In this document: positions 30,439-43,878 of the stretch, piece after piece
Layout of the letters: each line of letters starts with the position of its first letter
Position numbering within the stretch: position 1 is the stretch's first letter
Assembly (NCBI GenBank): GCA_963718895.1
Contig: CAVRAG010000008.1
Span: 1,536,001-1,600,000, forward strand
Direction of reading: 5' to 3'
DNA length: 64,000 nucleotides
Origin: an uncultured Nitrososphaerota archaeon
Lineage (GTDB): Archaea; Thermoproteota; Nitrososphaeria; Nitrososphaerales; Gagatemarchaeaceae
The notes under the pieces: generated by a model
The model's input: the letters and a program-made list of their open reading frames with translations, nothing else
Database searches by the model: none
Told to the model about the DNA's origin: nothing
Translations under genes and position numbers: made by a program

Positions 30439-31218
30439 TCACTCCCGTAGCACGCCTTGACCACGCTCTGTTAGTTCATAGTGTTTCTTAAGCAGGCCTG
30501 TTTTCTTCAGATACCCCTTCCTTACCAAGGACTCGAAGTGGGACATGTAAGGATAAACCGGCTCCTTGCGAGTCCTCCCTACGATGGCGAGAGCATCGTA
30601 TTCGTTCTCGCTTAGGTCCGAGCGTAATTTCGGCCTAGTTCCATATTGCGGTTTGGAGACACTGTCCTTGTTTTCTGATTCCATGCTGGGCTTCAGTCGC
30701 TCGGGATGGAAGCGCCCATCGGACGAATCATAGGTACGCCTAATGGCGTCCTGCGCCTCACGAGGATATCTTTCCACTTCTCGGAGTGATATCCCTCTGT
30801 TAGGAGGTCTCTCAAAACGATACTCCTCCCGGCTTGACCTTGGTGACTTGCTTGGGGGCTTGGGTATCAAGTGGGTCTCTTTGATTTTGACGACTAGCGC
30901 TTTGAAGATTTCTTCTTCGTTTTCTTCAGAATGACCCTCCCACAGAAGTACGTTCAAGTGAGAAGCGAACGTTTCAGGCATAGTGATTGGATAACTTCCC
31001 AGTTTGAGTTTGACAGCTTCGCCAAGGATTTCGCCAAGATTGCTTGTTGGTACAGCGCACTTGGCTATTATCCAATAACCCTGACCGCTTCTGTCGAAGT
31101 AATCTCTCAGACCACCTGAGACAAAATCTCTTCCGAAAACTCTAGATTCGGTCTTCCGTTCCACCGAAATTCTTACTGTCAAACCGTTGAGAGATTGAGA
31201 TTCGGATGTTACTGGCAT
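30439..31218 (-). CDS. Hypothetical protein with a C-terminal wHTH-like segment
   Basis: 259 aa; FESLVRKGYLKK...YELTERG. Confidence 0.6.
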   Translation of the reverse strand: MPVTSESQSLNGLTVRISVERKTESRVFGRDFVSGGLRDYFDRSGQGYWIIAKCAVPTSNLGEILGEAVKLKLGSYPITMPETFASHLNVLLWEGHSEENEEEIFKALVVKIKETHLIPKPPSKSPRSSREEYRFERPPNRGISLREVERYPREAQDAIRRTYDSSDGRFHPERLKPSMESENKDSVSKPQYGTRPKLRSDLSENEYDALAIVGRTRKEPVYPYMSHFESLVRKGYLKKTGLLKKHYELTERGQGVLRE

Positions 31219-31814
31219 TTGCTAAATCCCAAAATTCTACCGTATGTCAGCCGTGGTTTCGCGCTTTCGTAGGTTAGAATCTCCTGAATGAGTTTCAGTT
31301 CGTGACATAATATAGAACGCAGGGCCATTATAGACCCGAGGGCTGTATAATCGTGCAAGTTATGAATGCTTCCTTGGCAGTGACCAGAACTTCGACTTAA
31401 GTAAGAAAGACCATGTCTATGCATAGGTTCATTGCGCCTATGCTGGCGGCATTTCCCATCAGGAGGCAATCTTCTGACAAATGATTCCAAAGCCATTAGA
31501 CAGACGCGATATTTCACTTGATGGCCACGGTTCTCTCTTTCGTGCCGTTGAGCGGGTTCCACTGACTCGAATGATGCTTGGCACGTATAGCAAATGTAAT
31601 GGGCCATGTAACCTGCTCTCTTTACCAACCTACTAGGAGGTAGCGAATTCGACTCGTAGAGGCCGCTTGGGCTGTTCATGATCTCCTTCGAAACACAGGT
31701 GTGTCGCTCCGGCAGCCTATGTTCCCCGCAGAGTGCTTTCCCACAATACTTGCACTTGAAAGGGAATGCTTCCTCGGCTCCACATTGCTGACATGAAGTC
31801 ATGTAATCAGCCAT
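31209..31814 (-). CDS. AN1-type zinc finger protein with an additional C2H2-like finger
   Basis: CQQC..PFKCKYCGKALCGEHRLPERHTC (AN1) and CYTC...H...H. The 3' part reads through repeat copy 11 and is probably spurious. Confidence 0.7.
   Translation of the reverse strand: MADYMTSCQQCGAEEAFPFKCKYCGKALCGEHRLPERHTCVSKEIMNSPSGLYESNSLPPSRLVKRAGYMAHYICYTCQASFESVEPAQRHERENRGHQVKYRVCLMALESFVRRLPPDGKCRQHRRNEPMHRHGLSYLSRSSGHCQGSIHNLHDYTALGSIMALRSILCHELKLIQEILTYESAKPRLTYGRILGFSKCQ
31401..31455 (-). repeat. 23S-trailer/BHB repeat copy 11
   Basis: gtaagaaagaccatgtctatgcataggttcattgcgcctatgctggcggcatttc versus native 31949-32002. Confidence 0.9.
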
Positions 31815-31960
31815 AGCATATGACGGCGGCTAGTACATATCGATGTCCTGACAGCTCTTTCCCCTCCACATGAGTCGCACAATCGAGTTACCGTAAGCGC
31901 TCATTGGAAGGTTCAGAAGCTCTAGCCCTTTGTCATTCTCGAGATACCGTAAGAAAAGGC

Positions 31961-32010
31961 ATGCCATGTGTAGGGTTCATTGCGCCTCCGCCGGGGCATT
32001 TCATCCACAC
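31961..32010 (-). other. 3' strand of the 23S pre-rRNA processing stem with BHB (native copy of the repeat)
   Basis: Pairs with 35993-36047: GGGUUC/GAACCC, AAU bulge, GCGC/GCGC 4-bp helix, AAG bulge, UCCGCCGGGG/CCCCGGCGGA. Confidence 0.92.
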
Positions 32011-32328
32011 GTTGGGCTATAGGTAGTCGACGGGCTGAACACGTCGCCCGAGGGCTTCGTGCGTACACCCCCACTCCTTCAACGCGAGTCTTCTATCGCC
32101 GCCCTTCTCAGCGTGCCTCTTCGGCCTTGCGGCCGGAAAGGTGTAGCTGATAGAAGACTCTTCTTGGGAGTGGCTTCCTGCTTAGATGCTTTCAGCAGTT
32201 ATCCACAATAGCTTAGCTGCCCAGCTATGCCCTTTCGGACAACTGGTACGCCAGAGGCTACGCGCCGCTGTTCCTCTCGTACTGGGCAGCGCTTCCTCGC
32301 AGTTTCTTCCGCTTCCATCAGGTAGAGG

Positions 32329-32382
<54 letters not shown>

Positions 32383-32436
32383 GCAGCCCCACCCTTGGCC
32401 CCTGCTGCAGGACCAGGATGGGAAGAGCCGACATCG

Positions 32437-33053
32437 CAATCTTATCCGAAATTTCTTTCAGGATTAGACTATGTCTTCACCCCCCGCACTTCCGTTCGAT
32501 AGGGGGGTTGGCGTATGATGGCTCGGAGCCTTTCGGAGGCCTCCCGAGTTGTATTGTCGCGACACGTCGGACGTGCCGCGTCGGGAGACAGCCCCAAGCC
32601 ATCTCATTGCGCCGCAATATTCTGCGCGCTCAGTCGTTACGGGGTCATATGGGAAGATCGTTTCTACCTGTGATGGACAAACCACAACCGCATCGTCACC
32701 GGCCCGCCCTATGGCAGGACGGCACCTAGCCGCAGGCTGCGCCCGCTTTGCAAGCATCCGCCCGAAGATAGCATACACCACTTCCGGAGCGGATACCGCT
32801 GCCGGAAGATGATTAATCACTCTGTCTGTCCTTCCATCTGATAGAAGTGCCCTTTGGAGCGAACTCTTGGCTGTTTTTTCCTTCTGCAGTTGCCCGCTAA
32901 GGCAACCAATGCTCGCTTACTTTACCCGTAGACTTCCCACGGCGTTGTCCTCTCCCGTTTCCTCAGTGTTCTCACAGGAGGAGGAGTTCGCCGTTATAAG
33001 CCAATACTACAAATCGCATTACTGCGATTCTGCCCCGAGCGCCGATAGCGCCA
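32437..33053 (-). ncRNA. Group I intron (IA-like) at the site equivalent to E. coli L2500, 617 nt, no endonuclease ORF
   Basis: Exons GGUACCU|CGAUGUC; 5' exon ends in U and the intron ends in G. P AACGGCGAA, Q AACGCCGUGGGAAG, R CCGUAACGACUGA, S GAAGACAUAGUCU. Confidence 0.9.
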
Positions 33054-33626
33054 AGGTACCAAACCGCGGGGTCGATTGGAGCTCTCGCCCGCGACGAGCC
33101 TGTTACCCCTGGGGTAACTTTTCTGTCACATCCAGCCCCCAACAGTGGGGACTTGAATGATCGCTAGGCCACACTTTCGTGGCAGAAAACTCTGCGTTTA
33201 AGTTTCCTGTCAGGCTGGCTTTTGGCCTTGCCCTCAACACTGGAGTTCTGACCCAGTCTGAGCCAACCTTTGGGCCCCCTCGATATCTTTTCAAGGGGGT
33301 GCCGCCCCAGCCGAACTGCCCACCTGCCGGTGTCCTCCCGTAGGAGTTAGCGATACAGTCTCAAGGGAGGGGTGTTACATTGTTGCCTCCATCGTCACCC
33401 GAAGGCGACGACTTCGACGGCTCCCCGTTACACTCTGCAATCGCAACCGAATCGCAGCAACAAGCTGCAGTAAAGCTCCACAGGGACTTCTCTCCCCGAT
33501 GGAAGTTGCTGGACTGTTCGTCCAGCTTACGTAGGTTCGCCGGGTCGTAGATAGGGACAGCGGGGCCCTCGTTGGTCCATTCATGCACGTCGGAACTCAC
33601 CCGACAAGGCATTTGGCTACCTTAAG

Positions 33627-33929
33627 CAATCTGTTGCTTCCTTGGACCTCGACCACGGGATCGAGGCGGGCTCTCCTTCCTTCACCTGAGCCTCACTGCA
33701 TCGCTGCAGTGTTCGGACTGTAACATGGTCGCAGCGAATGCGGCTTCTGGCGTTCAGTCTCTGAGGATTCCGGACGAAGCCCTGCGGCTCGCCCGGCCTT
33801 TCCTGCTGATTGTCTGCAGCCATGGCGTTGTCAGTCCCCAGTTGGGGACTAGCCTGGCATACTCAGATGTTCCAGCATACGGCCAGATTTAGCGACTCCC
33901 TTATTTTTTCCTCGAACTGTTTTTACCTG
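33627..33929 (-). ncRNA. Group I intron (IB-like) at the site equivalent to E. coli L1923, 303 nt, ORF-less
   Basis: Exons GACUCU|CUUAAGGUAGC; IGS GGGAGUC pairs with GACUCU. P AUGCUGGAA, Q AAUCAGCAGG, R UCAGAGACUGA, S AUGUUACAGUCC; terminal G. Confidence 0.93.
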
Positions 33930-35992
33930 AGAGTCAGAGTTACTCCCGGCGTTAACAGGCCCTTAGCCCAGTTGAACCCAGGTTTTAGGTACCTGCACTG
34001 GCCAGGATTCATAAACTGTACACATCCTTTCGGACTTGCAGTTTACTGTGTTTTTATTAAACAGTCGGGACCCCCTCGTTATTGCAACCTGCGATCCCAA
34101 TTTCTACATTAAGAAAGCAGGCACCACTTTTCGCTAACTTACGTGGCTAATTTGCCGAGTTCCCTTACCTACAGTTCCCCGACACGCCTTAGGCTTCTCA
34201 CCTAGGATCACCAGTGTCGGTTCTAGGTACGATCTCAATATCCCTCTCCTCCTCTGTTTTCACTGTCTCCAGGAATCAGCTAAACGACCCCAACGGGCCG
34301 CTATTCTCCTCTCGGAAGAGTTCTCGTCATTACGACACTCCCTCCCCCTTCGATGATTAAACAGAGCGAAAAACTCTGTAAGGCTGGTCTCGAAGCATCA
34401 GAGGCGATGTTTTCCTTGCGGGACATCGGAATACCAAAGGCTGCGGAATATTAACCGCATTCCCTCATTCGAACGAATACTGTTGAGTTTCGTTCTTAGG
34501 ATCGGCTAACTCCTGGCTGATGACGCATTGCCAGGAAAACCGTGTCCTTTCGGCGGTCAGGATTCTCACCCGACTACGCTGCTACTACTACCGGGATCTG
34601 CACTGGAAATCGGTCCACTGGACCTCACGACCCAGCTTCTATCCCAATCACCACGCCCATCTACCACATACGTCCCACAAGGACGCAGTCCAGAGTATCG
34701 GTACTTGGCTTTAGCCCCGTCCATTTTCGGGGCCCTCAACCTCGGCAGGTGAGCTGTTACGCTTTCTTTGAAGGGTAGCTGCTTCTAAGCCTACCTCCCT
34801 GCTGTTTTAGGTCAAAGACTCCCTTTTGCTTGACACTTAGCCAAAATTTGGGGACCTTAACTCTAGTCTGGGTTAACCCCCTCTCGGTTATGAGGCTTAC
34901 CCCACATAAACCCGCCTCCCCACGTCTACTGCGTTGACACATTCGGAGTTCAAGAAGAAAGTGGACCCTTTCGAATCCTTGTCTTCTCGTTGGTGCTCTA
35001 CAGCGTCAACAACATCGGTGGAGACAGGACTGGGATCCGCTTCGATGGGAACTAGCAATCACCAAGCTAGATAGGCTTTTGGCCCCTTGTCCAGAATCAG
35101 GGGACTAAATTGCACGTTAAGACCCTTGCAGTCCTCCACCAGGCTTTCGCCCGGCTTCATCTTGTTCTGGACACGATCGTTTGGTTTCTAGTCTAAACCG
35201 CCATGACTCTAAGGCCCTTTCAGACCTCCTCCCACGCCCTTGCGGCGTTACGGAGAATCGGTTTCCCTTCGCCTCCGGGCTTTGAACCCTTAGGCTCGCC
35301 ATGACAGTTAACTCCCCGGCCCGTGTTTCTAGACGGAACGCAGCACACTGAGGCACTTAACCCCCCTTGACGTCCCTTGCGGTGCCATCGCGTTGGATTC
35401 ATACCTCTTTCATGCCCTGAACGTCTGTAGCTGGATGGTTTCAGGCTCTTTGCACACCCCTTTCGGGGTACTTTTCAGCTTTCCCTCGCGGTACTGTTTC
35501 TCTATCGGTCTTGGGTAGTGTTTAGTCTTGGAGGCTGCTTTCCCCCGTCTTCGCTAGCCACTGCCAAAGCCAGCTACTCTGCCTTTCAGCACAACCTCGT
35601 CTTCCAACTAGCCTACAGGACTATCACCTTCTGTTGTGTGCCATTTCCAGGCAAGTTCAGCTCACTGATCGCAGGGTTGCATATGCTGAGGCGAACCCCA
35701 CATCTCCCTGCCCTTTCGGGCAGGGATTCGGTTTGGACTCTCCCGCGTTTCGCTCGCCGCTACTAACGGGATCTCAATTGATTTCTCTTCCTCCTGGTAC
35801 TCAGATGTTTCCTTCCCCAGGGTTTGCGTTCCTTACGGAACACAGGAGATGCCTTGCGGCAGTCTCCTTAGATTAGACTCCATTCGGGAATCTCCGGATC
35901 GAAGGATGCTTGCGCCTCCCCGGAGCTTATCGCAGCTTACCACGCCCTTCTTCGCCATCCCAAGCCAAGCCATCCACCATACAGCGTCAGTT

Positions 35993-36047
35993 GTGTCGGA
36001 TGATTAACATCCCCGGCGGATGCTTGCGCGAACCCTATGCATGGCAT
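35993..36047 (-). other. 5' strand of the 23S processing stem (BHB)
   Basis: RNA AUGCCAUGCAUAGGGUUC-GCGC-AAG-CAUCCGCCGGGG is complementary to the trailer at 31961-31996. Confidence 0.9.
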
Positions 36048-36132
36048 CATCACAGGGGCGCCCGCGAAGGCCCTTCCGTACCCTGCTAGCCCTTCCTATG
36101 CCACTCGCATGGCACAGTGCATCTTCATTACG

Positions 36133-36170
36133 TCTGATACTGGCTTTGCCTTTCACTCCATTGCAGTGCG
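36133..36170 (-). other. 3' strand of the 16S processing stem (BHB), partner at 37723-37759
   Basis: ctcc-att-gcag-tgcg versus ctcc-gcag-taa-tgcg: two 3-nt bulges around a 4-bp helix. Confidence 0.85.
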
Positions 36171-36202
36171 AGCAAATCCTTACTCCCAATCGGTATATAC
36201 TA

Positions 36203-37702
<1,500 letters not shown>

Positions 37703-37891
37703 CGATTATCGGGAGTTGGATACGCATTACTGCGGAGTTAAAGCAAAGCCAATGTCAGATCAAACTCTCGTTTGATCTCCACTTTTTGTGCGCGCATCTG
37801 GAGGCCGTGCATATCACCGACCGGGCTCTGCCCAAAACTCAACGCAGGCGCCGCCAAGCTATGCGCAAACCCACCGGAGGATTCAGGTCTG

Positions 37892-37907
37892 GATATAAAC
37901 GTTCCCG
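37892..37907 (-). promoter_or_regulatory. Likely rRNA operon promoter (BRE plus TATA)
   Basis: Minus-strand cgggaacgTTTATATC upstream of the 16S leader stem. Confidence 0.55.
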
Positions 37908-37969
37908 AAAAAACGGGCCGAAATCAGCCCCGATTTTCAGAGATGCAAACCTTGGGGCAGGCGGGTTTT

Positions 37970-38539
37970 CTAGCTCTTTCGCCTTCTGTGCGACCACACG
38001 CCAGCCGCGGCGACCACGATGCCGGCGATGATCACGACTGCGCCGAGGAGGAGCATCCCCGCTGCGAACGGGAGGGCGGAGAGGCCCGCAACCACAAGTC
38101 CCAGGTAGGCCAGCCGCTCGCCGCGCTCGAGGGAGACCACGTCGTACTCGAGCTCTTTCCTGTAGCGGGTCAGGAGTATGCCGAGCACCCCCGCCGAGAC
38201 GACTATCACGAAGAAGTAGAGGGTGAGTACCGAGTCATAGTTCCCGAAGGTGAGCAGCAGGCCGACCTCGTCCCCCACGAGCCCCCCTCCCAGCCCGAAG
38301 ACCACCGCGTACAGCCTCCTGAACCGGGGGTCGTTGTGGACTATCCCGAGCCCGCCTGCGACGACTATCATGATGAGCCCGTACCAGAAGTGGTGGAAGT
38401 GGATCCCTCCCGTAACGACCACCGTCGTCGGGTTCAGGGTGGCGAAGACCCGCGCGATGAGGAAGCTGGCGATGAACGAGAGGAACATGAGGAACAGCAG
38501 CCCGTGGGTCGTGCTCCGGCGGACGAGCTCTCCAGTCAT
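37970..38539 (-). CDS. Conserved membrane protein
   Basis: GIHFHHFWYG...GLVGDE motif with multiple TMs. Confidence 0.75.
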   Translation of the reverse strand: MTGELVRRSTTHGLLFLMFLSFIASFLIARVFATLNPTTVVVTGGIHFHHFWYGLIMIVVAGGLGIVHNDPRFRRLYAVVFGLGGGLVGDEVGLLLTFGNYDSVLTLYFFVIVVSAGVLGILLTRYRKELEYDVVSLERGERLAYLGLVVAGLSALPFAAGMLLLGAVVIIAGIVVAAAGVWSHRRRKS

Positions 38540-38608
38540 GTGGTGTCCGATTAGGTATCCGGTTGGGTATCTAAGGTTGAGCCCGCTGTGAGCCAGCGCC
38601 CGGCGGAC

Positions 38609-39184
38609 CTAGAACCCGTAGGCCTTCCTGTTCAGCCACGGGATGAGCGCCATGCTGACGCACTGCTCGGTCATCTGGAGCCGGGAGACCCTCCCCTTCG
38701 AGACGTGGTAGACTATGCCCTCCTCCTCTGTTATCCTCTCGGCGCCGGTAAGCTCGTGAGAGTACCTGTCGAGCTCCATGCCCTCCTTCCGCATCTTCTC
38801 GATGAACCGGTCGGGGATCAGGAACCCGCACGAGAAGCCGGTCCCCGAGCGGCCATCCTTGTCGACGATGACGGCGACCTGCAGGTTGATGTGCTCGCGC
38901 GGGGTGATTGAGAGTATCCCGGCCTCGACCCCCACGCCGAAGTCGCCCGACGACTTGGAAAGAGCGAACTTCGCCCTCTTCGAGGCTCCCGAGAGGACCT
39001 GCTCCATCCCGACCGGCTGGGCCCTGACGACGGACGAGGTGTCGACCTCCACGAAGGTGCAACCGGGGAAGAACTCCGGAAAGACGCTCCTCACGCCCTT
39101 GGTCTTGGCAGGGTTCCTGGAGCCTATGGCGACGAGCAGCCGCGGAGGGAGGTCCCCGTCTTCGGGCATGCGCTGGACGCTCAA
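38609..39184 (-). CDS. yjjX: Inosine/xanthosine triphosphatase (non-canonical purine NTPase)
   Basis: GSRNPAK, AQP.G, GVGVEAG and VSR motifs. Confidence 0.85.
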   Translation of the reverse strand: MSVQRMPEDGDLPPRLLVAIGSRNPAKTKGVRSVFPEFFPGCTFVEVDTSSVVRAQPVGMEQVLSGASKRAKFALSKSSGDFGVGVEAGILSITPREHINLQVAVIVDKDGRSGTGFSCGFLIPDRFIEKMRKEGMELDRYSHELTGAERITEEEGIVYHVSKGRVSRLQMTEQCVSMALIPWLNRKAYGF

Positions 39185-39236
39185 ACCGGCGTTTTATAGC
39201 TCTGAGACCGCCGTTAGAAGGCTGCGGCCGGTCCGG

Positions 39237-42152
<2,916 letters not shown>

Positions 42153-42230
42153 AAACGGTCGTAATTTCGGCATGTGTGTTAACATGTAATAAGAATACTG
42201 TTCATATAGTCCTTACATACCTTACGGATT

Positions 42231-43262
42231 ATGAACGAAGTGAGGAAGGTCCAGAGGGCGGGAGAGAAGACCCTCCTGGTATCCATACCGTCGGAGTACG
42301 CCAAGCATCTGAAGATCCACGAGGGAGACAACATCACGGTCAAGGAGGAGGAGGATGGCACATTGAGGCTCATCCCAACAGTCAGGAAGCCGAAGACGGT
42401 GAAGGCCTCGATAAGGGTCGATGTCATAGACAGCGAGGAGCTTCTCCCGAGGGTCGTGGTGGGCTGCTATATGCTGGGGTACGACGCGATAGAGCTAATC
42501 TCGAAGAATGGGATGAGCCCAGCCTATCTCGCGGAAGCCAACAAGACCCTGAGGAGCCTGCGCGGGGTGGAGATAGTCGAGTCCTCGAAGAGCAGGCTCC
42601 TTGCCCAGAGCTTCATGGACCCCGCGAAGTTCCCGGTCGACTCACTGATCAAGAGACTCCAGTTGCTGGTGTCCAGGAGCCTCGAGCAATCCATCGAAGC
42701 GCTGAGGAGCGGGAGTCCCTCGGTGCTCAATGAGATCAGGAAGATACAGGGAGAGATAGACGAGCTCTACTGGCTGATAGTGAGGCAGCTCCTGGTCGCC
42801 CTCAGCGACAGGGAGATTTCGGCCAAGATAGGCCTCGAGAGTCCGCTGCACACTTCAGGAGACAGGGTGTCTGCCAAGACCATCGAGGAGATAGGTAGGA
42901 TAATCCTTGAGCTGACGGAAGAGACGGTCAATTCGAGGGAAGCCGGGATAATGATCGAGGAGAGGACCATGAAGAGAATAGAGGACCTGGCCAGGAGCGC
43001 GAACGATTCCTTCGACGTGACCATAGAGAGCCTGCTCGCTCCAGAGATAGGCATCATAGACAAGGCTCTGGAGAGGATAGAGGCGACCCTGAGTCTTGAA
43101 AGGGAGGTCACCCTGGAACTCTCGGAGTCGGAGCAGCCGCACATGAGGACCATCATCTCCCACTTCGGGCAGCTGGCGCGGTACTGCAACATCATCATCG
43201 AGATCGCGCTCAACAGGCTCCTGCGAAAGACGAGCAAGGTCTGCGCGATTCAGGAGCAGTGA
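42231..43262 (+). CDS. AbrB-PhoU phosphate uptake regulator
   Basis: RKVQ..G..TLLVSIP N-terminus plus PhoU helical repeats. Confidence 0.85.
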   Translation: MNEVRKVQRAGEKTLLVSIPSEYAKHLKIHEGDNITVKEEEDGTLRLIPTVRKPKTVKASIRVDVIDSEELLPRVVVGCYMLGYDAIELISKNGMSPAYLAEANKTLRSLRGVEIVESSKSRLLAQSFMDPAKFPVDSLIKRLQLLVSRSLEQSIEALRSGSPSVLNEIRKIQGEIDELYWLIVRQLLVALSDREISAKIGLESPLHTSGDRVSAKTIEEIGRIILELTEETVNSREAGIMIEERTMKRIEDLARSANDSFDVTIESLLAPEIGIIDKALERIEATLSLEREVTLELSESEQPHMRTIISHFGQLARYCNIIIEIALNRLLRKTSKVCAIQEQ

Positions 43263-43322
43263 GGAGATGAGGCGGGCGTCAGAAACACTTTTGAAAGCTG
43301 TGCGATTGGTCGGGGTAAGAGC

Positions 43323-43445
43323 GCCGGGGTAACGAAGCCTGGCCAACCGTGCGGGACACGGACCAGCCCGACTCAAGATCTGGCCACGCCGCCATGGGAC
43401 ATCCCGTCCCTTAGGGGTTCGTGGGTTCAAATCCCACCCCCGGCA
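43323..43445 (+). tRNA. tRNA-Leu(CAA) with two introns (about 43355-43369 and 43378-43400)
   Basis: Acceptor GCCGGGG/CCCCGGC, spliced anticodon arm CGGGA-CTCAAGA-TCCCG, long variable arm, GGTTCAAATCC. Confidence 0.85.
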
Positions 43446-43487
43446 CTCTTACTCTGGCTAGGCTCAGGTTCGCCTAGTACGTTTGAA

Positions 43488-43766
43488 CTAGTCTTCCTTG
43501 TGTTCTTCGATGTGCTTCTCGGACCATTCGTGGCCGCAGTGCTTGCACTTGTACATGTACTGAAACTCTTCGATATCGACCGTTATGGGTATGCCTTCTT
43601 CGACTATCAGCGTCATAGGGTTGTTCGGGGTTCGCGCGTACATACCCCGGCCGCTAATCTCCTCCTGCTCCCTCTCCATCTGGACGAGCCGCTTGTTCTC
43701 AAGCGTGATATGGAACCTGCGACCGCACGACGGGCAGTGTCGAAAGAAGGTCTTGACCTCAGACAT
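43488..43766 (-). CDS. Small zinc-ribbon protein
   Basis: CPSCG and CKHCG. Confidence 0.7.
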   Translation of the reverse strand: MSEVKTFFRHCPSCGRRFHITLENKRLVQMEREQEEISGRGMYARTPNNPMTLIVEEGIPITVDIEEFQYMYKCKHCGHEWSEKHIEEHKED

Positions 43767-43878
43767 TGTTGATCATGCTCCCGGATGTGTGATTTAAGTT
43801 GTTCACCCTGCGCACGCGGGAATTGGCTCTCGCCCCGACTGGAAGCTATATCACGGGCGATTCTTCTCGAGTGGTGCT

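Noticed and set aside
741-32049. Interpreting the repeated motif as a CRISPR array
   Set aside because: Spacing is 0.6-18 kb with whole genes in between, the repeats vary in length, and no cas genes are present.
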